Shown one piece after another: positions 30,675-46,242 of a stretch of DNA of 64,000 bases (position 1 is its first letter; every line of letters begins with the position of its first letter). The notes under the pieces were generated by a model. The model saw only the letters and a list, made by a program, of their open reading frames with translations. It did not search any database and was not told the origin of the DNA. The DNA comes from Eledone cirrhosa. Lineage: Eukaryota. The translations under genes and the position numbers were made by a program. The stretch spans positions 201,748,001 to 201,812,000 of the forward strand of contig OZ024743.1 of the NCBI GenBank assembly GCA_964016885.1, given 5' to 3'.

Positions 30675-30835
30675 TAACATTTATATATTTCAGCTGTTGC
30701 AATTTCTTATTTTTTTTTGCTTAAAAAATTTGAATTTACTTCGGAGTTGATTTCCATAAATAATTTACGTATTTATGGTGGACCCCTACACGAATTTTTC
30801 TCTCGCCCTCCATCTCTCTCTCTCTCTCTCTCCCT

Positions 30836-31605
<770 letters not shown>

Positions 31606-31922
31606 TATTATATATATATATATATATTATTATTATGTAATAAACAACATAAGGCAATTATTCCATTTACCAGTGGTTTCTTAAAAGCAAAAGGTTTTGC
31701 TTTCAATCCTCAGAATGAAAAATCCTGGTTTGTTTATTGAATATGGATTCTAAAAACAAAAATGCAATCTATATGAAAGTGAGGCTGGAAAAGGGAGAAG
31801 GAAAGGAAAAATAAAATAAAATAAAACTACACATGCAAACACACACAAAAAAAACATAAAAGCATACTTACACACACACACATATATACACATATAATTT
31901 GCACGCACACATATATACACAT

Positions 31923-31979
<57 letters not shown>

Positions 31980-32036
31980 GAGCGTACACCTACACACACA
32001 TACACATATATGCACACATATACACATACATATATT

Positions 32037-32084
<48 letters not shown>

Positions 32085-32113
32085 CATATATATACACATG
32101 TACATATCCATAC

Positions 32114-32152
<39 letters not shown>

Positions 32153-32610
32153 CATACATATACACATATACAGACATATACATACACACACACACACACA
32201 CACGCACACATGTGTGTGTACAAGCCTACACATACACACACACATATATATACACACACATATACATACATTCACAAAAACATACAACGTACATACATAC
32301 ACATACATGAATGCACTCCACTACATATTAACACACGCAAATAAATATAAGAAAAAATATATATAAATAATATTAACAAATATTTGACAGCGATACATGC
32401 CCCAGCTAACAGGACAGACACGCGTGGTAAGTAATACACACATAAGCACATATACATACGTTCGAAATAGTAAACACATACACACACTCTCACACATAAA
32501 TATACATATGCAAATACATAAACACGTACATACACATACATACGCAAACACGTACACGTATACAATATAAACACACACATGTATATGTAATTATATACAC
32601 ACACACAAAC

Positions 32611-32679
<69 letters not shown>

Positions 32680-32932
32680 CAAAAATATAAAAATATAAAC
32701 GCAAACACACATATACATACATAGCTAAACAATTATACACATGCAAATACGTATATATCAAAAGAACGCACAACCAAATACAAACACACACATATATATA
32801 CACACACACACACCCCCACACACAAACCCACACATACATAAAAATAAATAAAAACACACGCAACATATACATACATACACATACATATACATATATACAT
32901 ACATACATATACACATACACATATACACACAC

Positions 32933-32980
<48 letters not shown>

Positions 32981-34345
32981 ACGTACACATACACACATGC
33001 ATACACATACACACACACATATACATGTGTGTATGTGTAAAGCTCAGTATTAGATAAGACAAATGAACCTTACATAAACGTATATATAGTAGTAAAGTAA
33101 TAAAGCCATACAAGGCAATTAATCCATTCACCAGAGGTTTCTTAAAAGCAAAAAAAGTTTCCTTCAATCTTCAGAATGAAAAAAAGCCCTGGTTTATCCA
33201 CATATACATACATATACACACACAAATATACAAATATATACACACATACAGACACGCACACACACACATATATATATATATATACACATACATATATATA
33301 CACATATATATATATATATATATATATACAGACATATATACATACACATATATACACATACATACATATACATACATACATACACATATATATACATACA
33401 CAAACATATACGTACACATATACATATATACACACACAAATACATACACATACACATAGGTATGTGAAGGGCAAAACAAAAAGAATATATGGGGGAGGGC
33501 TAAGAGGAGGTAAAAATATAAGGGGAGGTCAGGGAGAAAAAATTTTTTAAAAATACAAGAGTACAGAAGGTAGAAGCAGCAAAATAAAAGCCGTAGCAAA
33601 AGTAAAGAGCAGAGAAGGAGTTCAAGGCGGTTGATTTATCGTAGGAGTGTCAATCCAGTTACAGATCAGATGCGATTTCAGATGAGGACAGCATCTGAAG
33701 ATCTCAGTCTTAGAGTTAAGGCAAGCGGAAGTGTCTCTCAAGTTTAGCAAAATCCTATACTTTTCTGTGGTACACAAAGAACAATTCTTTGTGCCCCTTT
33801 GGTACTCCCTCGAATGGTCTAATGTAGACCAATCAATAGAGTACGGGATATTACTATCCTTGAGATCCCATACCTTACTTGCGAGGGCCGTTGATGTTCG
33901 TTTATCTGAGTGTTTAAAAGAAGCGACATGTGAGTAAAATCTGGTTTTAAACCTGTCCTGGGTCATACCGACTCGTCATATCGCTCGCTTCTGGCTGTCT
34001 GGTTGTTGATAGCTGGCGTTATTTTAGCCTCATAAACGACAGATTTTGTGTTACATTTACCCTGCAATGGGCATTCATCCGGCTTCCTGCAACTGCATCC
34101 TGGATTTATCCTCGTACGGTTTGAACTGGTGATTTTGGATTTCATGGATGGACAACAAGAGTAGCTGATCTTAACTACATTCCTATTAAAAATCTTATAA
34201 TATCTATGAATAGGAGGAAAATGTTTGTCTAATAGTTCAAGGAATTTCCTTCCTACATTAGTTTTGACATTTAGAGAGAAGGGGGGTGTGAACCAAATAA
34301 TCTTCCTTTTCCTGTTATTATGGTTAGTTTTAGTGTATATATATG

Positions 34346-34388
<43 letters not shown>

Positions 34389-34453
34389 ATGTATGAATAT
34401 ATGTATGTGTATATGTGTGCATATATGTGTATGTGTGTGTAGGTGTACGCTCT

Positions 34454-34511
<58 letters not shown>

Positions 34512-34713
34512 ATGTGTATATATGTGTGCGTGCAAATTATATGTGTATATATGTGTGTGTGTGTAAGTATGCTTTTATGTTTTTTTTGTGTGTGTTTGCA
34601 TGTGTAGTTTTATTTTATTTTATTTTTCCTTTCCTTCTCCCTTTTCCAGCCTCACTTTCATATAGATTGCATTTTTGTTTTTAGAATCCATATTCAATAA
34701 ACAAACCAGGATT

Positions 34714-34773
34714 TTTCATTCTGAGGATTGAAAGCAAAACCTTTTGCTTTTAAGAAACCACTGGTAAATGGAA
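34714..34773 (+). ncRNA. Type I hammerhead ribozyme in PLE pLTR (copies at 39009-39068 + and 31661-31720 -)
   Basis: TTTCATT-CTGAGGA-TTGAAAGCAAAA cc TTTTGCTTTTAA-GAAA-CC act GG-TA-AATGGAA. Confidence 0.9.
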
Positions 34774-34992
34774 TAATTGCCTTATGTTGTTTATTACATA
34801 ATAATAATAATTAAGCTCTGTTGCTTACATAGAGCACTCTTTTTTCCTGGACTTTTCCGATGGAATTACTTCATTTATACAGCTCCAACCGGGATTGATC
34901 GCAGCATATTCGATATTACATATACGATTGGCACTTTCCAGCCCGATTAGTTGAGCACTCTACAGTTTTCAGGAATTTAACCAACATACACC

Positions 34993-37116
34993 ATGGACCT
35001 TTATGATTTGGATTATTCTATCAAAAACATACCCACTCCTTCCAATACAACATACACCAAAATCCTCATTGATAAAATCGAGCAAGTCGTTAAAAGAATG
35101 AGATGGAAGGCAATGGTTTACGATGGACTATTCAGTGCTGATACTAAAGATAATTTTGACATTAAATCCCGTAAATATCCACCTAGAATTAAAGACATGG
35201 CCAACTTCGAATTAGACCTCGTTAATCTAATTAGTGATATCAAATTCGTAAGTACAATAATAATTTTCAAACTAAACTTTCTCACGATATCTCTAATTTT
35301 AGAAATTCTACAAACACTTTCGTTCTTTCTGATAAAACCAAAAACCTCTTTGAAGTTAATAGTAATTTGTATAACCAACTTTTAACTAATAGTATTACCA
35401 ATAAATATCAATTAACTAATAATAATAGCTACAATACTATCAATAAAGAAGCTAAAGAACTAGCTAGTTCTTTACAAATAGATAACCGGATTAGCTAAGC
35501 GTAAAGCATATATTACCCTTAAAGACCATAAATTGGACTTTACTAATCGACCTAGTTGTAGACTGATTAACCCGGCTAAATCCGAGGTTGGCCTTGCTAG
35601 TAAGAAAATCTTAAGAAAAATAATTCTCCAAATTAGAACTAACACTGACCTTTCACAGTGGCTAAATACTTCCTCTGTTATTTCTTGGTTCAATAATATA
35701 CAAGGTAAAAATAAGTGTAGATTTACGCAATTTGATATTGTCGATTTTTACCCTTCTATTACCGTTTCCTTATTAACTAAAGCCTTAGATTTTGCAAGAC
35801 CCTTCATTAATATCTCCAAATTAGAAGAGGACATTATCTTTCATGCCAGAAAAACTTTACTTTTTACTAATGATAATATTTGGGTTAAAAAGTCAAACCC
35901 TGAAAACTCTTTCGATGTTGCAATGGGTTCTTATGACAGTGCGGATGTGTGCGACTTAGTAGGATTATTCCTTCTCCACACACTCCAAGAGAAATTTCCG
36001 TCCCATAATATCGGTTTATACCGTGATGACGGATTAGCTGTTTCTCATACCACCAATGGCCATAATCTTGATAAATTCCGTAAAGATTTAATTAGTACCT
36101 TTGCTAATCTTAACCTTAAAATTACTATAGATACGAACCTTACTAATGCTAACTTTCTTGATATTAATCTTGATCTACTTACTGCCTCTTTTAAACCCTA
36201 TCATAAACCTAATGAAAATCTTAGGTATATACACAAAGAGTCTTGCCATCCCCCTATAGTTTTTAATAATCTTATTCCTAACATTAGCCGTAGGATTTCT
36301 ACTTTATCTTCGTCTATAGACATTTTTAATAAAGCCGCCCCTTATTATAATAAAGCCCTTAAGAACAGCGGTTTTACAGAAAATATTTCTTATTTACCTA
36401 CTCCTCCCCCTAAAACTAACCATAATAACAGGAAAAGGAAGATTATTTGGTTCACACCCCCCTTCTCTCTAAATGTCAAAACTAATGTAGGAAGGAAATT
36501 CCTTGAACTATTAGACAAACATTTTCCTCCTATTCATAGATATTATAAGATTTTTAATAGGAATGTAGTTAAGATCAGCTACTCTTGTTGTCCATCCATG
36601 AAATCCAAAATCACCAGTTCAAACCGTACGAGGATAAATCCAGGATGCAGTTGCAGGAAGCCGGATGAATGCCCATTGCAGGGTAAATGTAACAAAAAAT
36701 CTGTCGTTTATGAGGCTAAAATAACGCCAGTTATCAACAACCAGACAGCCAGAAGCGAGCGATATGTCGGTATGACCCAGGACAGGTTTAAAACCAGATT
36801 TTACTCACATGTCGCTTCTTTTAAACACTCAGATAAACGAACATCAACGGCCCTCGCAAGTAAGGTATGGGATCTCAAGGATAGTAATATCCCGTACTCT
36901 ATTGATTGGTCTATATTAGACCATTCGAGGGAGTACCAAAGGGGCAGAAAGAATTGTTCTTTGTGTACCACAGAAAAGTATAGGATTTTGCTAAACTTGA
37001 GAGACACTGCCGCTTGCCTTAACTCTAAGACTGAGATCTTCAGATGCTGTCCTCATCTGAAATCGCATCTGATCTGTAACTGGATTGACACTCCTACGAT
37101 AAATCAACCGCCTTGA
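34993..37116 (+). CDS. PLE RT + GIY-YIG endonuclease; frameshifts near 35255 and 35485; 35533-37116 open
   Basis: YSIKNIP..KRMRWKA; RLINPAKS, FDIVDFYPSI, MGSYDSADVCDLVG, LYRDDGL, IIWFTPPF, CSC..CPLQGKC..VVYEA..YVGMT..FKTR..H, CSLCTTEK, LNSKTE. Confidence 0.92.
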
Positions 37117-37560
37117 ACTCCTTCTCTGCTCTTTACTTTTGCTACGGCTTTTATTTTGCTGCTTCTACCTTCTGTACTCTTGTATTTTTAAAAATTTTTT
37201 TCTCCCTGACCTCCCCTTATATTTTTACCTCCTCTTAGCCCTCCCCCATATATTCTTTTTGTTTTGCCCTTCACATACCTATGTGTATGTGTATGTATTT
37301 GTGTGTGTATATATGTATATGTGTACGTATATGTTTGTGTATGTATATATATGTGTATGTATGTATGTATATGTATGTATGTATGTGTATATATGTGTAT
37401 GTATATATGTCTGTATATATATATATATATATATATATGTGTATATATATGTATGTGTATATATATATATATATGTGTGTGTGTGCGTGTCTGTATGTGT
37501 GTATATATTTGTATATTTGTGTGTGTATATGTATGTATATGTGGATAAACCAGGGCTTTT

Positions 37561-37619
37561 TTTCATTCTGAAGATTGAAGGAAACTTTTTTTGCTTTTAA
37601 GAAACCTCTGGTGAATGGA
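37561..37619 (+). ncRNA. Second, diverged pLTR hammerhead (copy at 33123-33181 -)
   Basis: TTTCATT-CTGAAGA-stem II-GAAA-CC tct GG-TG-AATGGA. The GUG triplet violates the NUH rule. Confidence 0.75.
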
Positions 37620-37770
37620 TTAATTGCCTTGTATGGCTTTATTACTTTACTACTATATATACGTTTATGTAAGGTTCATTTGTCTTATCTAATACTGAGC
37701 TTTACACATACACACATGTATATGTGTGTGTGTATGTGTATGCATGTGTGTATGTGTACGTGTATGTGTG

Positions 37771-37801
<31 letters not shown>

Positions 37802-38059
37802 GTGTGTGTATATGTGTATGTGTATATGTATGTATGTATATATGTATATGTATGTGTATGTATGTATATGTTGCGTGTGTTTTTATTTATTTTTATGTAT
37901 GTGTGGGTTTGTGTGTGGGGGTGTGTGTGTGTGTATATATATGTGTGTGTGTTTGTATTTGGTTGTGCGTTCTTTTGATATATACGTATTTGCATGTGTA
38001 TAATTGTTTAGCTATGTATGTATATGTGTGTTTGCGTTTATATTTTTATATTTTTGTAT

Positions 38060-38121
<62 letters not shown>

Positions 38122-38580
38122 GTTTGTGTGTGTGTATATAATTACATATACATGTGTGTGTTTATATTGTATACGTGTACGTGTTTGCGTATGTATGTGT
38201 ATGTACGTGTTTATGTATTTGTATATGTATATTTATGTGTGAGAGTGTGTGTATGTGTTTACTATTTCGAACGTATGTATATGTGCTTATGTGTGTATTA
38301 CTTACCACGCGTGTCTGTCCTGTTAGCTGGGGCATGTATCGCTGTCAAATATTTGTTAATATTATTTATATATATTTTTTTCTTATATTTATTTGCGTGT
38401 GTTAATATGTAGTGGAGTGCATTCATGTATGTGTATGTATGTACGTTGTATGTTTGTGTGAATGTATGTATATGTGTGTGTATATATATGTGTGTGTGTA
38501 TGTGTAGGCTTGTACACACACATGTGTGCGTGTGTGTGTGTGTGTGTGTATGTATATGTCTGTATATGTGTATATGTATG

Positions 38581-38612
<32 letters not shown>

Positions 38613-38646
38613 TATATGTATGGATACGTACATGTGTATATATATG

Positions 38647-38697
<51 letters not shown>

Positions 38698-38757
38698 ATG
38701 AATATATGTATGTGTATATGTGTGCATATATGTGTATGTGTGTGTAGGTGTACGCTC

Positions 38758-38806
<49 letters not shown>

Positions 38807-39430
38807 ATGTGTATATATGTGTGCGTGCAAATTATATGTGTATATATGTGTGTGTGTGTAAGTATGCTTTTATGTTTTTTTTGTGTGTGTTTGCATGTGT
38901 AGTTTTATTTTATTTTATTTTTCCTTTCCTTCTCCCTTTTCCAGCCTCACTTTCATATAGATTGCATTTTTGTTTTTAGAATCCATATTCAATAAACAAA
39001 CCAGGATTTTTCATTCTGAGGATTGAAAGCAAAACCTTTTGCTTTTAAGAAACCACTGGTAAATGGAATAATTGCCTTATGTTGTTTATTACATAATAAT
39101 AATAATTAAGCTCTGTTGCTTACATAGAGCACGCTTTTTTCCTGGACTTTTCCGATGGAATTACTTCATTTACACATATATATATATATATATATAGAAT
39201 AAGGAAAAGCGAAGTAGTTTTGGCTGAGAGGGTGAACTGACTAAGCGAATTTCGTTGAAATCTGCGGTGGCTAATGGTCAACTTCTTTCGGACATGCGCT
39301 TGCGCAGGCCGGTGGGGGTGAATAGGTACTCACAAGGGAGCGGATGAAAAACCCCAAAACACGCAATTCATCTGTTCCCATGTCGATCCAATTTGGAATG
39401 CCTCGGAAACATAACCTTATTATGTAACAA

Positions 39431-39504
39431 GCTGTCTGATGATGACACGACACTCGCACACAGAACAGTGTGGCCAGTGTCGTCACTGAAATATATATCA
39501 CAGC
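39431..39504 (+). ncRNA. Type I hammerhead ribozyme motif with long helix II
   Basis: GCTGT-CTGATGA-tgacACGACACT...AGTGTCGTcact-GAAA-tatata-TC-ACAGC. Lies inside an element with inverted repeats at about 39197-39222 and 39531-39556. Confidence 0.82.
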
Positions 39505-39627
39505 ATTATTATTAAAGGACTTGAACATCTCAAACTACTTCGCTTTTCCTTATTCGATATTTACTCCATCACTCCTATGTGGAAAAAGTACGTTGAGTGC
39601 TTGAATTGAATTGCATCAATGTTTACC

Positions 39628-39687
<60 letters not shown>

Positions 39688-40082
39688 GTGCACCTACTCC
39701 ATGCTCTGACCCATAACTGGCATTATACTTTCCAATGATTAGATGTAGTTTCGAATTTCATATTGTAAATGTCTCATATCATATGAATATATGTTGATAA
39801 CGTCATGAAACTGTCTTTACCAAGTGTCCCGTGACATACGCTTCCTGAATGGAAGTCTAAATAGAAATGAGACAGTGTTGTAAATATTTATTAACATTTA
39901 GTGCAATAGAGAGATGTGATAAATTTCACATGAATTATGTTGAATATCTGATATGGTGTATTGATTAGTAAACGAGATATATGTAGAAGAGTGAATAAAA
40001 ACAGATAATATACAATATAATATTGGATGGCAATAGAAGTAAAATGGTAGATATGAATACAAATTTGTTATCTTCAGCGTGA

Positions 40083-40153
40083 GCATCGGTGGTTCATTGG
40101 TAGAATGCTTGCTTCCCCCTGCGTGCGATTCTATTTCGATTCACGTCAAAGCA
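40083..40153 (+). pseudogene. tRNA-Gly-derived pseudogene
   Basis: 5' half recognisable, 3' half degraded. Confidence 0.75.
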
Positions 40154-40357
40154 TATTTTTAATTGTTGCAATATCTTAGTATTTTCTTTGACTTGGTAGT
40201 TCATTTCTACAAATTATTTAAGTATTTATGTTGGACACTTACACCAATTTCTTTTTCTATATATGTGTATATATATATATATACGTATGTATATATATAA
40301 TGTACACCTACACATAGCTCTGACACATAGTTACTCGCATTATACTTTGCCATGACT

Positions 40358-40540
40358 GGTGGATTGGCAGTATCGGTAGAGGGTCGGACGCCATGCTTTC
40401 CAGCATAGTTACGTCCCTTTACGATCTGAGTTCAAATCCCGCCGAGGTTGACTTTGCCTTTCATCCTTACGGGGTCGATAAAATAAAGTACCAGTAATGC
40501 ACTTGGTAATTGCTGGCCTTGTGCCTAAAGTAGAAACAAT
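40358..40540 (+). mobile_element. Family A SINE with target site duplication
   Basis: ATTATACTTTGCCATGA duplicated on both sides. Confidence 0.9.
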
Positions 40541-40922
40541 TATACTTTGCCATGATTACATAGATCTATTTATCATAAAGATATCTCCATTACATATAGT
40601 TTCAAATTTTGTACTGTAAATACCTCATATCATTTGAATGTATGTTGATAATGTCATGAAATTGTCTTTTCCAAGTGTTGAGTGAAGAGACATACGCTTG
40701 CTGAATGGAAGTCTAAATAGAAATGAGACAGTGTTGTAAATATTTATTAACATTTAGTGTAATAGAGAGATGTGATCATTTTCACATGATATGGTGAAAT
40801 GATTAGTAAACGAGTTATATGTAGAAGTGTGAATAAAAACAAAGATTATTTACAATATAATAGTGGATGGAAATAGAAGTAAAATGCTAGATATGAATAA
40901 AAATTGGGCCATTTTGCTGTGA

Positions 40923-40993
40923 GCATTGGTGCTTCACTGGTAGAAAGCTCGCCTGCCACCCGGGCGGCCCGGGTTAGATAACCAGCAGATGCT
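40923..40993 (+). pseudogene. tRNA-Gly(GCC)-derived pseudogene
   Basis: Paralog of 21602-21671. Confidence 0.8.
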
Positions 40994-41452
40994 TTTACGT
41001 AGGATTTAGCGCAGGTAATTCATTAGAATTGTTTTGAAATTTCCATCGACATTTTATTAATGCGATTTAAAGGATTTTTTTTTTGTCTAGGTTAACATAT
41101 TAATAATTATAGATTTATTTATTCTGGAAGAAGCGCAATTTGTTTTACGAGCGTCAATAATCACAGTACTTTGAGATTTTATGGCTAGACTTGATCGCCG
41201 AACTGTTAGGCTCTCACATTATCTCCTATATTGTAGAAATGATATATATTATTTTTGGCTCTAAAATGAAATATTTTGTCATTTTCATAAACAATTAACA
41301 GATAAAACTGTCAATTTATGATTAATTTTCTTACATACAGATTTGATTTCTTCTTTATATCTGATTAGTTGTAGTAATTAGTCAATATCACTTTGAATGT
41401 GAAAAGTATTGAATTCCATGATATGAATTCCATATGAGCGACGTCAATGTGA

Positions 41453-41521
41453 GCATCAATGGTTTAATAGTAGAATGCTCGTTTACCACGCGTGACTCGG
41501 GTTCGATTCCCGGCCGATGCA
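41453..41521 (+). pseudogene. tRNA-Gly-derived pseudogene
   Basis: Paralog of 22139-22199. Confidence 0.8.
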
Positions 41522-41674
41522 TTATTTCTAAATACTTTTAGCTGTTGCAATTTTTTAGTTTTTCTGTTTTTTTTTCATGATTTGAATCCACAAATTATTT
41601 ATATATATACGGTGGACGCTTACACCAATTTCTCTTTCTATATATGTATATATATATATATATATACTGTATAT

Positions 41675-42682
<1,008 letters not shown>

Positions 42683-43084
42683 ATACGTAGCTCTGTCACA
42701 TAGTGACTAATATTATACATTCCTATGATTACATAGATGGAGTTTTTATAAGGATTTCTCCATTACATATATTTTCGAATTTCGTATTGTAAATGCCTAA
42801 TATCATATGAATATATGTGCCCGGTGAAGAGATATACGCTTCCTGAATGGAAGTCTAAATAGAAATGAGACAGTGTTGTAATATTTATTAACATTTAGTG
42901 TAATAGAGAGATGTGATAATTTTCACATGAATTATGTGCTATACCTGATATGTTGTAATGACTAGTAAACAAGATATATGTAGAAGAGTGAATAAAAACA
43001 AAGATAATTTACAATATAATATTGAATGGAAATAAAAGTAAAATGCTTGATTTTAATAAAAGAAATTGGGCTCCAGCAATATGC

Positions 43085-43154
43085 GAATCGGTGGTTCAGT
43101 GTTAGAACTCTCCCATGCCACGCCTGCCATCCGGTTTCGATTCATGGCGTTGCA
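43085..43154 (+). pseudogene. tRNA-Gly(GCC)-derived pseudogene
   Basis: Paralog of 22689-22758. Confidence 0.75.
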
Positions 43155-43565
43155 TCTTCTCAAGGTTTATCTCTGGCAATCCATTAGAATTGTTTGAAAG
43201 TTCGACTTACCAGTTTATCAATGTTATTCTTTTATTTCAATCATTACCTTTTATAGGTTATATTTGTAATAATTAAAGAAATAATTATTCTGGAAGAAGC
43301 ATCATTTTTTTCGTCTTGTGTGCATAAACAATCATACTATTTTGAACATTTGTGTCTTAACTTGCTCGTCGAATTGTTAGGCCCTCACATTATTTTGTCA
43401 CTACTATAACAGGTTTAACTTTTCATTCCATAACTTCTTAGATTACAATGTAACAATTATTTCATATATTTAAAAATGACATATTATTTTTGGCCCTAAA
43501 ATGAATTATTTTGTATAAAAATTGAATGCGATGATATGAATTCTATCTGAGCCATTTTACCGTGA

Positions 43566-43633
43566 GCATCGGTAGAATGGTAGAATGCTCGCTTCCCAAG
43601 CATGTAATCCGGGTTCGATTCCCGACCCGTGCA
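43566..43633 (+). pseudogene. tRNA-Gly(CCC)-derived pseudogene
   Basis: Paralog of 23181-23251 with a D-arm deletion. Confidence 0.8.
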
Positions 43634-44024
43634 TGATATCAATATACTTTTAGCTGTTGCACTCTTTTAGTTTTTTTCAAAATCTAAATCAACCCGGTAG
43701 ATGATGATGCTAATGTATGATTTCTGAGAAATATTTTCATAAATACTCTTTTATTTTTGGAACAATTATGTATTAGTGAAAGTGTCACTAGTTTAGCGAC
43801 ATCAATCATGCCATTTTAAATTGCTCTGGCTTTATGTGAGTGAACAGCTATTCTTTAGTTCCTTAAAATTAATCGGCTGTTAAATATATAATTCTCTTAT
43901 TCAGTACATATATATATATATATTCCAGTGTAACAATGTTTTTTCCATTATACACATGATATATATTGTTTTTTTTTAACTTGGATGAAATATTTTGTCA
44001 TTTCCAAACATCATTTACCTATTT

Positions 44025-44063
<39 letters not shown>

Positions 44064-44079
44064 CATTGTATTTGTGTAC

Positions 44080-44116
<37 letters not shown>

Positions 44117-44136
44117 CATTGTATTTGTGTACATTA

Positions 44137-44228
<92 letters not shown>

Positions 44229-44429
44229 GTACACAAATACAATGCTGTGACACATAGCGACTGGCTGTGTACTTCACCATGATATTAAATAAATGGAATT
44301 TTTATAAGGATATGTCCATTATATGTAGTTTCAAATGCCATATTCTAAATGTCTCATAACATATGAATGTATGTCGATAAAATTTTGAATTTTTCTTCGC
44401 CAAGTGTTCTGTGACGAAGAGACATAAGC

Positions 44430-44725
44430 TTCCTGATTGGAAGTCTATGGCGGCCCGTCTGAGGAAGGAGCCCCTTAAGGTGGGATGGCTGTTGCAGCGG
44501 GTGTCGCTAGCCATTGTCCGCGGGAATGCTTTAGCGGTCTTTTCCACTGGGGGCAGTCCTTTATCACCACACCATAGGCAGGGCCCCAATCACCCCCTCC
44601 CCATTCTTCTGTGACACTAGAGTCCTTTGTTTATCTTTTTCTATTAAACTGTATTTACAAGATATATTCCATGAATACATTATCTTTTATCCATCTCTAT
44701 TAGGTAGAACCACTAAGTTACAGAA
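44430..44725 (+). mobile_element. CRE-like REL retrotransposon 3' fragment in tRNA array spacer
   Basis: Encodes ..GWLLQRVSLAIVRGNALAVFSTG*, matching the QRxSxAxxRGNA C terminus of CRE-clade ORFs. GC-rich island followed by a 3' UTR-like tract. Confidence 0.7.
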
Positions 44726-44949
44726 AAATAAGAAATGAGACAGCATTGTGATTATTTATTAACATTTAGTGTAATAGAGAGATGTGATAATTTTCACATG
44801 AATTATGTTCTATATCTGCTATATTGTAATAGGACATCAAGAAATATGAAGAAGAGTGAATAAAAACAAAGATAATTGACAATATAATATTGGATGGGTA
44901 TAGAAGTAAAATACTAGATAAGACAAAAGTATGTCGTATGTTACTGTGA

Positions 44950-45009
44950 ACATCGGTGGTTCACTGGTAAAATGCTCGCCTGTCACGCGGGCGGCCTGGC
45001 TTTGATGCT
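44950..45009 (+). pseudogene. tRNA-Gly(GCC)-derived pseudogene
   Basis: ACATCGGTGGTTCACTGG...CTCGCCTGTCACGCGGG; 3' deletion. Confidence 0.75.
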
Positions 45010-45422
45010 TGTTCTTAACTTTTAGGTAAAGTAATGTACTAGAATTGTTTTGAAATTTACATCAAATTGCCAGTTTATTAATGCGATTATTTCAATGATT
45101 TTTTTGTATAGGTTAAATTATAAATAATTAAAAGATATATTTATCACGGAAAACGTCTATTTGTTTTGCGAGCATCAGCAATCAGTATTTTGAACTTTTG
45201 TGGCTAGACATGGTCGTCAAATATTTTGTCAGTGCTATAACAGGTTTAAAGCATTTCTCTATAAAAAAAGAGGCTTCTTCAATACCTGATATGTTGCAAT
45301 GATTAGTAAACGAGATATATGTAGAAGAGTGAATAAAAATAAAGATAATTTATAATATAATATTGAGTGGATATAGCAGTAAAATGCTAGATATGAATAA
45401 AAATGTAACTATCTCACCGTGA

Positions 45423-45480
45423 GCATCGGTGGCTCAATGGTAGAATGCGCGCGAATCGGGTTCGGTCTCCGGCCGATGCG
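45423..45480 (+). pseudogene. tRNA-Gly-derived pseudogene lacking anticodon arm
   Basis: Intact acceptor GCATCGG/CCGATGC with internal deletion. Confidence 0.75.
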
Positions 45481-45620
45481 TAATATCTGTCTACTTTTAT
45501 CTATTGCAAATCTATATTTTTTTTTTGTTTTCAAAATTTGAATCTACTACGTAGTTGATTTCCACAAATTATTTACGTATTCATGGTTGACGCGTACACC
45601 AATTTCTCTTTTTATATATG

Positions 45621-45674
<54 letters not shown>

Positions 45675-45925
45675 CATGTACACCTACACTTAGCTCTGAC
45701 ACAAACGGACTGGTATTATACATTCCCATGATTACATAAATGGAGTTGTTATAAAGATTTGTTCATTACATAGTTTCGAATTTCGTATTGTTGTGGCCTC
45801 ATATGAATGTATGTTGAAAACGTCATGAAATTGTTTTCACCGAGTGTTCTGTGATATACGCTTCTTGAATGGAAGTCTAAATAGAAATGAGACATTGTTG
45901 TAAATATTCATTAACATTTAGTGTA

Positions 45926-45989
45926 GTGGTTCAGTGATAGTGTTCTCCTATGCCATGCGTGCTGCCCTGCTTCGATTCATGGCGGTGCA
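45926..45989 (+). pseudogene. 5'-deleted tRNA-Gly pseudogene
   Basis: GTGGTTCAGTGATAG...TGCCATGCG...TTCGATTCATGGCGGTGCA. Confidence 0.65.
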
Positions 45990-46242
45990 TTATTTCAAGG
46001 TTTAGCTATGGCAATGTATTAGAATTGTTTGAAAATTCGACTTGCAAGTTTATCAATTTTATTCTTTCAATTCAATGATTATTTTTATAGGTTATTTTTG
46101 TAATAATTAAAGAAATAATTATTCTGGAAGAAGCGTCATTTGTTTCGTCTTGCGTGCATCAACAATGATACTATTTTGAATATTTGAGTCTAAACTTGTT
46201 TGTCGAATTGTTAGACCCTCACATTATTTTGTCACTGCTATA

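Larger units (their letters stand above)
31628..39172 (+). mobile_element. Penelope-like element: inverted 3' copy (31628-34333) + partial pLTR (34334-34877) + ORF + full about 2-kb pLTR (37117-39172)
   Basis: 31628-34333 is the reverse complement of about 36410-39104. 34334-34877 repeats about 38635-39172. (TA)n flanks. Confidence 0.92.
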
